A stretch of 64,000 bases of DNA. Origin: Balanoglossus misakiensis (Eukaryota > Animalia > Hemichordata). Each line of letters opens with the position of its first letter. Within the stretch, counting starts at the first letter, position 1. The notes under the pieces are model-generated. The model had not been told where the DNA came from and ran no database searches. It was given only the letters and a program-made list of their open reading frames with translations. The stretch lies in assembly GCA_040954595.2 (NCBI GenBank), contig CM082579.2:5514879-5578878 (forward strand), read 5' to 3'. Shown here in pieces: positions 28,701 to 41,496 of this stretch. The position numbers and the translations under genes are program-made.

Positions 28701-30738
28701 ATCAGGCCATTTTATGCTCCGACGGTTATCATCTAACCCAAAGTACCCATGAATGTGAACAGGGAGTCCTGTAGTCTGGCTCGGTGGCAAGGGTAAGAAA
28801 CAGAAGATTCTTCCATCATTTTCATGTCTACTGGATTCTTCAGTCATTTCTAACGCAGCTCCCACCCACGGCATCAACCTCAACTCATCATCTTCAGCTA
28901 GTTCCCTCAATTCCGGTGACAATCCTGTCTTCTTGACCTGGTGGACTACAATCCACTTCTTCACTGCTTTGTGAGTGTCGCTTTGAACTTCTATTTCAAC
29001 TTGCATTGGTGTCGGCCCAGCTTCTTGGTTACCTTTGACCTGACCAAGGAATTCTGCTTTCTGCGCTCTCAGCTTATGGAGAACTGTGTCTGTTATCCTC
29101 GCCTCCTGAATCAGTTCCAAGGACCCACCGCTCCCAGTTCGCTCGTAAACTGATATTTTTTCAACATTCTTCAGGAATAGCAAAGTCAAATCAATGTCAT
29201 CTTTGAATGACGTGATCCACCCCGTGCTTCCCATAATACGCTCTTTCGTTATGACATTTTTGCTGAGTTCTGAACGGTTCTTTCTGAGAGGGAACCGGAA
29301 CAGGGTTCCATCAAAGTTTCCTCTTTCAAACGAAGAGGCATCGCAACCAAAGATCCCCAGGTAAGGTGCAAACTGGCCACAATAGGGTGTATGTTCAGGT
29401 GAAAGCAGCTCACCTTTAAGCTTCCATCTCTTCCCTGGTTTGTTCACATACTTCTTATTCTTGTATGGGTCATAACAAAATATATTTTCCAGTGGATCAA
29501 ACACTCCAAGCCAGTTACCACTTAGAACGCTTGGTAGATCTGCAGATAATAATATGCAAACATAATATATGTGTTACGTCATGTTGAAGCAGTCACACAT
29601 ACATATATAGAGTGTGACGAAATTTTGAACTCTACCGTAGATATTGTCAATTTTCTGCCCTGCGCGGAAATAAACATTGTATTTTGATAAAATATGTCTT
29701 GTGAATGATATATTTTCCTTTGATATTAACAAAATTGCCGTGGTCTGAAATTGTATATTTGCTAACTTTTTCGTGAAAACTCGATATGTTACATTTATAT
29801 TTGAACTGCCCTTTTAGTGAAAGGACTGAGTCACACTACGACATTCGCATCAGTATACACACCTGTAATGTGGTAGATGGAATTGAATCCAAGACCAAAT
29901 CTACCAACTTTCAGTGGGTCCTCTCTCTTACCGCTCTGCTCTGGTCTCTGAATGTTCGACCAGTCTTGCGGTGTGAACTGTTTGTTGTTGTAGGCATAAA
30001 GTGCAGGGCCGTGATACTCTCTCAGAGCGTCGGACCACAGGTTTGTTGTAGGGTAGTCAGTGTTGTCATACAAGAACTTGACTTCGGTTGCTCCGGCATC
30101 ATCGGCATTCTGAATGATTTCCTAATTTAAATTGTTTGGGGGTGAAACAGTAACTGGTTATGTATTTGCCCCGGTCCTGATTGCTTTTCTTGATTTGTCC
30201 TGGCTTCCAATGGACCTTTCCGAATCTGTTACTTCTTTCACTCAAATTTCACTCTGATGTAATGCTTTCAACAGTGATTAACACGCACGCACGCACGCAC
30301 ACAAACAAACAAACAAACAAACAAACAATAACAAACAATAAATCATGCAGTGGGTTTGTTTTTGTCTTTCAAAAAATGTGGTAAAAAAATGTTTGGGTCA
30401 CGTGAGCAAGATCTGCATGTTGCATCTTTAAACTAGACAAACCTTTAAAATCTGCCCGCCCTCGGGGTACTTGTCGAGAATTCTCTTCAGGTACACGGAA
30501 AGAGGCGGCACCTTTTGACCAAAGTCATCCTCTGAAACAAGTCAGATATACGATGGAGATCAAATTGAGCACGCAATTCACAATTCCAAAATAAAGTAAT
30601 AAAAATTCCATGCATAAAGTAAGTGAGTTGTTCAATAAAGTCTGTCATCTGCTTACTGGCCGAGCCTCGCTCTGCTGAAAGTTGAGGGCGCGCACTCAAT
30701 AAGAGGATACGTATGAAGGTGGTGCGGCGAGTTGTCAT
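16755..30738 (-). CDS. SACS: Sacsin-like protein (3x SRR/HSP90-like ATPase, J-domain, HEPN)
   Basis: Exons (minus): 30738-30711 (tentative, MTTRRTTFI), 30531-30443 ([29 protein letters not shown]), 30121-29863 ([11 protein letters not shown]...[15 protein letters not shown]), 29539-16755 (12.8-kb exon). Three ExxQNADDA / GxFGxGFxSxYHxTD / GTLFRxPLR repeats, J-domain [10 protein letters not shown]-terminal HEPN ([12 protein letters not shown]...[13 protein letters not shown]...TRYP). Confidence 0.96.
30283..30340. repeat. (CACG)n/(CAAA)n microsatellite in a sacsin intron
   Basis: acgcacgcacgcacgcac followed by acaaacaaacaaacaaacaaacaaac. Confidence 0.8.
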
Positions 30739-33090
30739 GGGCTGCGTGAGAGCTTAGGGTCAACCAACCTCCATGGGTCAACTGCCTCGACGCCGTTGAT
30801 TGGACCTTGTTTGACATAAGTGTTTGTACTAAAGTCCAATCTAAAGCACAAAGTCCCTTTCGCCTGACCCTCGAGGGCGTTTATTGTATTAAACCTCTTA
30901 AAGCTTCAGCAGATTATTGTGCGTATGCGCAAGAGATGCATATAACTGGTTGTCACAACACAACCATGATAGGAAATTATACAAACCAAAAGTTGTGCAT
31001 TGAGATTGAAAGACGCCAACACTACAAATAATTTACAGCATAGAAACCTTTGTCTGATTAGGTATTGTCGAATCGACTCTTTCGTTTATACGCAGCGGCC
31101 TCTTCGTAGAAGAACCCTTCAGTAAACTTACAGGTAGCTTAAATTCTACGAACTCAAAGTGAAACTAACCGAGTTCAAAAGAACATGACTGAAATTCATA
31201 GAATCAGTCTCAACATATAGGTTGCTCACGTTTTACCAAGAATTTCTCGTCTATTCTAAAGATCAGCTACAATTATGCTATTTGGCTAGACCAACTTAAA
31301 AAGTATACCATAGACCAATGACAATTTCACCCAAGATGTGGGAACCCTGGTAACACTTGCCCTACCCAGTAATATGGCTGCATATACCAACGGGAACCCA
31401 AGTAAAGTGACAGGGAACAGCGGCCGGTAAAATTTACCTGGGTACCACCCCTTAACAAAAACACTGACGACTAAGTTTAATACATTTTATTACAAAGCCA
31501 CGTGCTTTACACATCTTGCAAAGCAGCGTCTAGCGTATAGCCACACCAACAAGTGGCCACGACCTGAGCGGGTTAGAGTTGCTCGATCTCACGAACCTTC
31601 CGTCTCCGTCACGTCATTCCTTAATAAGGTGACAAAGACAGATTTACAGTTTTATTACGGAAAAAATTGCAAAAATGCAGGTTATAAAAATAGCCATAAA
31701 CTGAGTGATCGATGACCAATCACTTTTGATGGCCATGGGAGCAACTGTTTACTTTACTAAATTCTATCCAGTCTTTCATGTTTTGTTACTGCTGCGTTGA
31801 ACCTTTTATTGAAAAGTGCGGATTTGTGACACAGATTGGGAATACACTTTAACCCAGACGATAATGAATACAGACGGCATGGACTTTCAGGTCTAAAATA
31901 CAACAACATTCCGTCATACGGATAAGCAAACGACAACTTTTAAAGTTACAACTTAAAAACCATTTTGGATACTTCTATCAACAACATGTAGATTTACAAC
32001 CAACAATTTTTTTGCCGACGTTATAAAAAAAGTCGCGAGGCAGATGGGGGGGGGGGGGGCAAAACAAAATGAAAGTAGGGTGGTATGCGTTTGATGTTCA
32101 AAACAAACGCGTTCTCGAACCAAACAATCGAAGCGGTAAATTCGTAATTTATTTAGCTGTTTGTACGAGAATCTTTGTGTGTTGATATGGAATTTGTCGC
32201 CAAAAAATTAGGCTTGTATATTCGACACTTATGCAGAGACCTACAGCAGAATTAACACGTGTATAACGTGTATCGCACATCGCCCTCACCTTCGCTGGAA
32301 GACATGTTTTTCTTTTCTTCGCTGTGGTGTCACAACCGCGTCGGAAGACAGTTTTACCCTTCAGCACATTGAGAAACACGGCATCTGAAAAAGCATGAAA
32401 GATGATCCAGAGCTTTGTTATGGCATAACGTTGAGAATTCTTACCCTCCACTAAAATTACCCTTCAATTTCATTTCACGGCATTGCAATGCCTGGATCTG
32501 CATGTTTTTAAACTGCGACTCGTAGACCAAACCGAAATGATATGTTTTCAAAACAATCACAAATGAAGATACTAGTCATTGATATCGTGGATAAGCATGC
32601 TAGTATCCAAGGCTATCATGTGGGACCGGTCAGTATTTTCGGCCTGGGGTGGATTCTATTTTGTGGATATCTAAAAGTAACAGACCTCCCCCCAAGCATA
32701 AGACATGGAAAAGTGCGTAAACACCCCCCCCCCCCACCATCACAAAAGCTGATTTCGTAAAGACTTAGTTAATATACATTTTAGCTGAAATATACCTTTA
32801 TACACAGGTACTGAACGATTATTTCATGAGTTGTGCACCAGCAGGCGTTGGCAGACAACCGAAGCTAGGGATAATAGCCCGAATTCTACGAAATGAAAAC
32901 GAAAATAATTTTGCATGATTCACGTTTTATATCGCGAGGCATGGGATGGTTCTTGTACGGCGGAAAGAAAATATTACCGTTACCGATTACAATTCATTGA
33001 AGTCCAAGTTCATTGTTTTGGGACGATTATTCATCATCACTGACCACTCCATGTACACGCGTCAAAACAAACGGGGTTAGTCACGCACCA

Positions 33091-33542
33091 ATTATCATGG
33101 ATTCTGCGAATTGAAAACGCAAGCTGCGCCGGGGAGATTGTTTCTACGAAATGGGCTATTGAAAATATAGTCGATATTAAAGCTCTGTTGTATAGTCGTA
33201 GAAATGTATGATTTTGATATGATTTCGGGTGGATATTACTGTGTACTTTTTACTGTCCTTGGCCCCTGGCCTGCGAGCGGACGAACTATCGCTATGGCGA
33301 CAACACGACTGGTTCTACACTCATGACAGACTATAGGCCTATTATCATGGATTCTGCGAATTGAAAACGAAAGTTGCACCGCAGAGATTGTTTCTACGAA
33401 ATTGGGCTCTTGAAAATATTATCCACAAACCTGTATCATAATGAGTCGTTAAAATGGATGGTTTTGATGTGATAAGTCAATTCAGGTGGGTTACAGTATA
33501 CTTCTAGCCCTCCGTGACCCCCTGGCCTAGAGCCGACGAACT
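33091..33542 (+). repeat. Degenerate tandem duplication, period about 250 bp
   Basis: ATTATCATGGATTCTGCGAATTGAAAACG...GAGATTGTTTCTACGAAA.TGGGCT.TTGAAAATA...CCCCTGGCCT.GAGC.GACGAACT starts at both 33091 and 33341. Confidence 0.85.
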
Positions 33543-36165
33543 TTGTCGTGTTGTACGAGAAATTTTGAATTCCCGAGAATCACAGATGTAAATTTTCACG
33601 GATTCGGATATTACAATGTCTTATCGTGTTGTCAGAATTGTCGTAGACACCTACGTATTTCAGTGTCCCTCTCGTCTTGTTGTCGTTATTGTTGTTTTAA
33701 TCGCGAAATGTGACCAAATTCTGGTCATGGCGAGCTTTTTTATGGCTAAGATCGACACAGACCAAGCGACTATACACAACACAATTTTGATGCGCTGTCG
33801 ACGTCCAAAAAGACTTTATTATTCAAAAATACAAACCTCAACGTCACATGCACATGTATTAAAGCGGCTGTTATTCAGTCACTTTATCTTTTCCTAAGAT
33901 GCGAAATGTTATCATGTTTCTTTTTCATTTAAATCAACAAAACTACAAGGAAGCTATTTCTAGTAGTAGTATTTCTCTGTAAGTGCTGTATTTAAAACAA
34001 ATCATTCGTATTCCATTAACAATATGACACAATCTTTCTTTAAGCCTTATAACTAAACTTGTTTGTACTAATATGTGGCACTAAAATGATTTTCGCCGAA
34101 TGTGTTGAACTGTATAAATGATTTGCATTTTTTTTATTTTTGGCATTCCGTTCTGGTAAATGCACCATGGCAATAGTACCTTCGTGTTCACACAGAGGGA
34201 TTGGTAACTGTATGCGTGATAAAGGATCAGGCGGAATGATAAAGCGAAAGTGCTAGACTTCTCGCTTGCGATCTCACATTATGTATGCGGCGTTTCCGAG
34301 TTAGCCAATATTCAGTAAACAGTTTTTCGCCCCAGCAACACCCATTTTCCGTTGAAATTCTCCCAAATGACACACACACATAATACAATGTAATATGCGA
34401 ATTTTTTTTTCCAACTTACGTGTACTCAATTTCCGTGTTCGTTTTACTTCTATAGATGTACGTGGAACGGCGATGCCCGTCGCGGAGTGCTGGGGCTCTG
34501 TGTACACCGGTGCATGTAGGCGTGTGACCAGACTCTCCACTCTCCCCCTTCCGTCAGTTTCCGGCAAAGTGACGCCCAACGCACCGACCGGGCAAGGTAA
34601 AGTACAGACAGAAAAACCTGCTGAACCCCCTATCTAACTGCATATTTTACACAACGCAATCGGATCATGCTATTCTATAAAGGAGGGGGGTAGGGATAAA
34701 CGGGAAGGGTGGTGTGCGAGCGTGATATACGTGTAAATTGGCGTCTTCGTTAACAAGACAATGCTGTTGACTCCATATGCGTCATTTTTTGCGCGGAATG
34801 TGTGCGTCTAAACAACATGATTTCAAGCAATCACCAAGAAAGAGCATTTGTCAGTAGAATCACTGATGTCAGACGTCCATTTACTGCAGTACCACACCCG
34901 CTGGTGCTACCTTGGAACAACCTGTATGTTCACAGTCGGTGCATGTGTTCTAAGAATAGACTGCGAGGGAAATACCCAGAACTGCAAAAATAGCCCAGTG
35001 CCGGAAAGTCCGTACCCGGTGGAGCCGTGTCTCTTATCGATGACTGGAAAACATTAATTACTGCAAGATGGACTACCTTAAACTTCCCCTCGGTAAATTT
35101 ATTTGTGGGGTGCCTCAAGAATCAGCCTTAATTTTTTTAATATATTGCTCAAGGCGAATTTAGATAACTCTCTCTCTCTGTAGAAAACTGCCATTTTCAT
35201 GATTTTAACAGCTCTATATATACTAGACTCCTCATACACTAGGTTGTCCCCGAACTACATAGAACAAACTCTACATCTTTCCATAAAAAGGGGCTCAAAA
35301 TTTAACATGTTGGCCGAATACTGATATCAAAAATCTACATTTTCTACGAAATGAGGAGTCAAAAATCTGCATCGTGAATGTACTGTGACTATATACATTG
35401 TATAGATGTACATAGCGCCACCATAGGACTTCATGTTATTCGCGCTGTCGTAGTTTATACAGCGCCGCTCACGGCAAGTGCTATGGTCCAGAATTACTTT
35501 GTTTTTACACTATCGTCGCCTGACTGAAGATTTTTTGACATTGAATATGGAATCGCTTACACGTAAAGAAGCAATTTCCAAATCCTAGTTATCGCAATAG
35601 GTCTCATTGGCATTGAATATTTATGCAGTGCAAAGCCAGCTACTGCTGCCGTGGATAACATTCTAGAACTCGCCCCGTGGTACTAATGACGGCGGCGACC
35701 ACCGTGGGCAGAACCCTGTAATGTATTGTTTTAATTTCGATTAACTATAAAGCAAAACTGCGATTGTAGTTTTGCGCCATTTAAACCACCTTACGAGGTG
35801 AATCTCTTGGAGGCATGTTTTCTTTGTCGTGTCGTAAATGCTCGCGTGAACAATAGCGTCAGAGAGTCAGCGCTCCACGGGCGTCCAGTGTCCGGCACTG
35901 ATCCAAGCCGGTACAATGCAAGGCTGAAGTGGGGGCTGGCCTGTTATAGTGACCGGGAACTAGGACCCGGGACAGGTACACAGTGTTTGCTCTAAATATC
36001 TCGGCGAGGCGTGTGCCGTGTGTCCCGCGCCAAAGGTCAATTAACTCCCCTAGCAGCTGTCTAGTCTACTTCGTCACCTCGGGAAGTCACAAAGCCCTTC
36101 TCAGTGCCGGGTCCTCGGTGTTCCCGAAAGCTTTATGTCACCGTTCGGCAGCAGCCGACGCAGAC

Positions 36166-38607
36166 ATGACCAGTCAAGCCGAGGCGGGGTCTTCGCTGTA
36201 CGAGGACTACGTCGACCTGCAAGCGAGAGTCAGACACTTCTACGGCCGCCTTGAAATTGGCGCACGGAAAGGAAGCGATGACTTCCGAGAATTGCAGATG
36301 ATACTAAGGTCACCCAGTAATGGCGAGGGGCCAATCGAGTCCATACTGGACCAAGTCCACAGGAGTTTCGCGCCGCCGTACAGAATCAAGTTGGATTTCA
36401 GGTTTTCGACCGGCGAGGTCCTTCTGAAGCAGCTGCATGATCTGCTGGCCCACGAGAAGCGTGACCCCAAAATGGAGGACAAACTTAGAGGACTCGTTGA
36501 CAAGATCTGGCAACTTAAACATAAAAGCGGACTTCGAATAACTGGGCCTGGTGCACTCGCCGATGCGCTGGCGACGAAGATGCCCGGTTACGTGCACGAC
36601 AAACTGGTAGATCACCAGTTAGACATTACATGGGAAACGGAATCGGGCTATCCGGCCTACGCGGAGATATTTCGCTCTCCTCCTCTGTCGGCATGGCAAC
36701 TCCGCAGGGCGTTGACCACCTACCACATTTTCAACGAGAGGAGAAAAGTCCGGGAACACTACCAGCTTGAGAATCTCTGCCCGCCGATCTACGCCAAAAC
36801 GATGGCGTGGCGGTCGTGGTACGAGTGGACGTTCGTCAACAGCGGACAGGAGCTACCAGAACTGCGCACTGAAATCGGAGAGTTCCCCCACTGGGTCGAC
36901 AAGGATGTGCACGACTTCTTGAACGCCGAGTCGCAGGAGGAGTGCTACATCCACGGTAATTTCGCCGTGTTCTGCTTGGTCTTGAAGGACGATCTCCACG
37001 GGAAACATAAAGGATCTAGCAAAGACAGCAAGAGGGGTCAAAGAGACGTTCAGGTGAGAGTGGCATCGAGAAAGCGAGTCCATTTTTTAAAGGAGAAATA
37101 TATGTACATCTGCTTGAAAAGCTCGAGGAATATACAATATAGGCGAGAAGGTGATCTCCACGCAGATGAAGATATAAAAACTCGGGTCCTAGTGTACCCA
37201 CCCACCTATATTTCACCCATTTTCATGCATTGTTAAGTAAAACATCTAAAGCGTTAATTATCAGAAAGGTTTCTTTGGAGTGTGACGTACGGTACGAAAA
37301 ACGAGATTCATAAAGTCGCGAAAATATAAAAAATACCATGCTGACATCGTAAATGTCACTCAGACAGAAAGACATACATACACACTCGTACATGGGAGCC
37401 AGACCAAATTCACAGGTGCCCGGGGCAACAAAACCCCGTCAATTTTTAACCGTTGGCGATGTTGGAGATGCTCGTACCCTGCATGTCAATGTCGAAGGTT
37501 CAATCGTTACTTGCTGAGCTCATCAACGCATACAGTGGTATCTAGGTGACAACGGGTCGCGGTGCTTCCTTGTGCCAACGCTTTGATGATCTGCTAGATA
37601 AAGATAGAATTATGACTAAATATTTCTTATTATCACTTCTGTGTCGGTCTAAAGTTCGTCTTTTGAAACAGACAATACGCGGTACGCGACCGTCCGCTTA
37701 TAAGTTTTACCTTTGCCAATGAGTAGAGTATATATAATGTAGAGAAGCCTCGAAAAAACGTTGAAACCATGTGAAAATCGTAACTTTAGCGGGCTCAAGT
37801 CGAAATTCATCGCAAGTTTTATTCGTTCGGCATTTTTTTGCAGTGACAAGTACTGTCTAAACGGTGTTACGTTCTAGCAGAGGTTTGGTATTAAAATGCA
37901 ATCTGATTAAAAATACGACGTAAATATCAACGCGTTTTTTCATCTCGCTGCTGTCGATTTTGTGAACAATCAACACATCAGCTTATCGCCATCTCCCATA
38001 CTTCCTGAATACCGATAGGAGGCGTTGTCCTGAGTAACTTCCCGTCGATCAAAAACATCACCTTTCATATTCTCGTGTATAACCCAAATGGACAAGCATA
38101 TAGTATGAGAATTTATAAATGTATTTTTAGTGTCATTCACCAGTAAAATTCTTCTTGGTCTGTGTTCACGAATACGCTTTTGAGGTTAGGGTGTTTGCAT
38201 ATTGTGGCCAATAGTAATGAATAAATGTACATGTACTTTATATCTGCATATTAACCACGTTTTAAACTTCTATAAACCCTCGTCCGTTCCAGCTGTACAT
38301 CGGCAGCGCTGTACACGGAACGCTGCAACGATGGATCCACGATTCACAAGCACACTGCAAAGCCGTTCAGGCCGTCCTCAAGCACACCAGGAGCTGCCCC
38401 GGGGACACCTTCCTGCCCTACACGGGCGCCATCAGTACCATGGAAACCTGTCTGGCTCTGGCGACCCTGCTGGGCCAGCAGGCCGCCATATTCATCATCA
38501 GTAGCTATAGCAACAAGGAAGGGATGCTCCGGCGCGAGGAAGACTTAATCCAGAGACTGAATTTGACGGACATGAGAGTTGGTATGAACTATCCGGCTGA
38601 TTTTTGA
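36166..38607 (+). CDS. Uncharacterised 400-aa protein with a C-terminal GIY-YIG-like nuclease domain (2 exons)
   Basis: Exon 1 36166-37053 (GACATGA start, GC-rich coding bias that ends at CAG|GTGAGA); exon 2 38293-38607 (TTCCAG|CTG, phase 0, open frame). The join reads GNFAVFCLVLKD...RDVQ|LYIGSAVHGTLQRWIHDSQAHC...AIFIISSYSNKEGMLRREEDLIQRLNLTDMRVGMNYPADF*, which has the GIY-YIG motif order. Confidence 0.8.
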
Positions 38608-39787
38608 GTTCGATGCAAAACTTGGCGTTTCAAGTTTCGTGATCTTGTTTCTCACGGCTTTTACAAGACGAACCGCAAAGCTTTAACCCATGAAATTATC
38701 AAAGTTACGTCTACTGTACCTTTATGAACGCTCTGTGGCACGAACTTGTTTTTACAGGGTTTTGGTTTAGATCACCTATCAGGGTGTATAATTTGTGACT
38801 TCTAACGATAAAAACCCCCAAGAGATCGTTGTAGACAGGCAGGTGACTTGTGTCTAAGGGGACTTGTACGCAGATCAGTATACTCCTGTTGCCATGTCGG
38901 AGTATTGCCGTGTTGATCATCGGTACAATATACAATAAAGTTCTGTAGCACTCTTAGATCAACAAGTAAATTTCAGCATAAGAAGGGGACTACATGTTCC
39001 CGAAAGCTTATGCTGAAATTTACTTCCTGTTGCCATGGAAATTTTTATTTGTCCATGGTAACATACTTTCAGTTGGTGGCCTATGTGAAAAAAGTGCGCC
39101 ACGCCCCTTTTTGACCACATGAAGGTATATGTAAAGTAGAAGTGACCATGTACCTTTAATATAAAGTGAAAAGGGATTTAATAGGGAAAGTAAAGCAAGG
39201 AAAAATGAATAACGTGCAATACAAGATGAAAACACTCTTGCAAGAGATTATAAGCAGTACCAAAACTTCATATTATAGTGCAATTGAGGATTTTCCTCGG
39301 AAATATGCAACTTAAAGAAATTTTATGAGCATTTTTGAACGTTCTAAAACTTTAATTTGTTTATAATAATATCTACTTCACTGTTTGTGAACTCTTGTCG
39401 GAAGGTGGTAGTTTAGTGAACCCTGAATGTATTTTGTGAACTTTGACCTTCTAGAATAGAAAATTATAATTGGCATATTTGTTTTAAAAAAAACGTAGAT
39501 TGGCACAATTAATCCACTTGGATATCTCAAATTCTTGTCAATGGAAACATCATGGATTAATTGTCTGTGATCCTTTGTGATTTTTTATTACTCTGCCAAC
39601 CTGCGAAGCCACTTGACTTCAAAGCTGTCATTCTATCCACGATTACGTCATTGTGAATTTATTGCCGAACGAATGGATATATTGCAACACTGCATACCTT
39701 GTACAACACAGACAGTAACCTGGCCTGCAGATGTTTCTAACTAGGATACGGCATTTATGTGCAACTTAATCACAAATGGATTGATTA

Positions 39788-39862
39788 TAACCCTTTCACC
39801 ACCATGGTTTGGTCCGAATTACCCATTGTTAATTGGACCTCTATACTGGGAATGGGGGTGAA
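39788..39862 (+). mobile_element. Short dispersed repeat / piggyBac-like MITE relic
   Basis: TAACCCTTTCACCACCATGGTTTGGTCC...GGGGGTGAA; a related copy lies on the minus strand at about 44262-44304 and a partial one at about 54036-54052. Confidence 0.5.
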
Positions 39863-41496
39863 CTAAATCTTAACCCATCTAACGCCTTGCAGAAAAAGTT
39901 GTACTACATTGGATAGATTAGAAAGATTTATTGGTTGTACAAATTGAAAATTGTCTGTGTTTTTAATGACGTATCCTGTTCTGTTGATTGTGACAAGTTG
40001 CCAATGGGCAAATCAGTTTTTGTGTGTAAAAATATGTGTAACAAACCAACTTATAGTTCAGCAAGAATGTTGGAGTGACTTCACTTAGGAATGAAAGTTA
40101 TATACCAATGAAGGTTATATGGGTGCTCTACACTCGCTCAGTTTCTTATGAATAGCAGTACGCTGCAATCAATGGGTGACCTATTTTACTTGTATTGTAG
40201 CCGTGTTTTGGCCAACGGGCGTGGTAGTTGTTATAGGTGGTCTCACAGTCCCCTATTCATTACCTGACTCCTTGCTGTACACTGATTGTGTACTGAGCCG
40301 GTAGGGGATTGCAATGAGGTCTCACCTTAGTCTCACTTACCTTTATTCTCAAGCTCAACCACTGTGGTAGTCTGGCAGAGACCCTGCGATTTTATTTCTG
40401 ACAAGGCAAGCATGCATGGTCCAGCATCTGTGGACACGAGAAGGGGCTTCTCAGAAGGGGGGGGGGGGGATTTTTCCAGTTTTTGGGTCCTGGGAAGCTA
40501 CAGACTCAGGATTTTGTCATGTATTACAAGATAAATGTCTACCAGTATAATGTGTTGACTTTCATGGTCTTCCACCAGACATGAAACAGTACACATTTTT
40601 TAAATGTTTGTACACTAGCATTTTGATAATGTTGTGCAAATATTAGTTGATACAGAACTTACTAAGGTACTAGGCATTGCGTGCATGAGATGTTTACATT
40701 TGTACAGACTTTGAACAAATCTCAAGGACTCTATGTAATTTATTTTTAATACTGCACAAAAAATCACTATTAAACAATAATTAACAGCAAAAAGATTACA
40801 TGTAAATATGTGTTGGTGTACAGATCTGTGTATGGGCACCAAATAATTTAAAGACAAGAATCAGGAAAAATCTGTAAAACAAGTAATTTATTTCTCTGGT
40901 CAGATTTGCAGAATATTTTCTTTTACAGAGAGTGTGTCAATAATGAGTAAGATTTACAATGCTTGATGTGATAGAATGAAATCTCAAATCTTTGGTTTTA
41001 ACCCACTAATTATTATGGCTCCTTGATTTGTTTGCAGCATTTCGACTTGTATCACCTTTTGATAAATAATCAATTCTTGTTTCTGAACACATCCAACATG
41101 CACCAAATAACAAGGCATCTGAAAACTCAATACAACAAATATCCTCTGTAATTAAAAAAGCTAAAGTTTCCTCTTCTCGATATATACTTTGAGGTACACC
41201 TGATTCGATCAGCATTTTGATCGCTGGAAAAAAAACCCAACATATTGGTATCAAAGTTGCCATACCCTGGCGGGCTGGAAGGTCAATCGCAAACCAACAG
41301 AAAAAGAAAATAATACAATTTTCATAGTATGTGAACGTTCTTATTACAGATGAACACATACCACCCAAGGCATATTGGTACATACAAACAGAAACCAGAC
41401 ACACAACCTTTCTCAGAATAAATTGTTGATGTGTAGATATTTCAGGGTTTTTTTTATATATAAACTATACATTGCATGCAACTTGGTAACTTGCCA

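Noticed and set aside
16784-29153. Many 60-147-aa ORFs overlapping sacsin on either strand
   Set aside because: Shadow ORFs of the long coding exon, with no recognisable motifs.
33091-33542. Repeat considered as CRISPR-like
   Set aside because: Only two long diverged units, no repeat-spacer periodicity, and a eukaryotic context.
35983-37236. 417-aa single-exon ORF as listed in the ORF track
   Set aside because: It starts at GTG about 60 codons before the first good ATG (36166) and runs past a strong donor at 37054 into AT-rich intron sequence; the spliced model explains the coding bias better.
38202-38504. 100-aa ORF (MWPIVMNK...)
   Set aside because: Wrong frame; the overlapping frame starting at 38293 carries the YIG...E...GMN motifs.
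36166-38607. Penelope-like retroelement, SLX1 or ANKLE1 as the identity of the GIY-YIG gene
   Set aside because: No reverse transcriptase motifs or flanking repeats, no SLX1 zinc finger, and no ankyrin or LEM region are visible.
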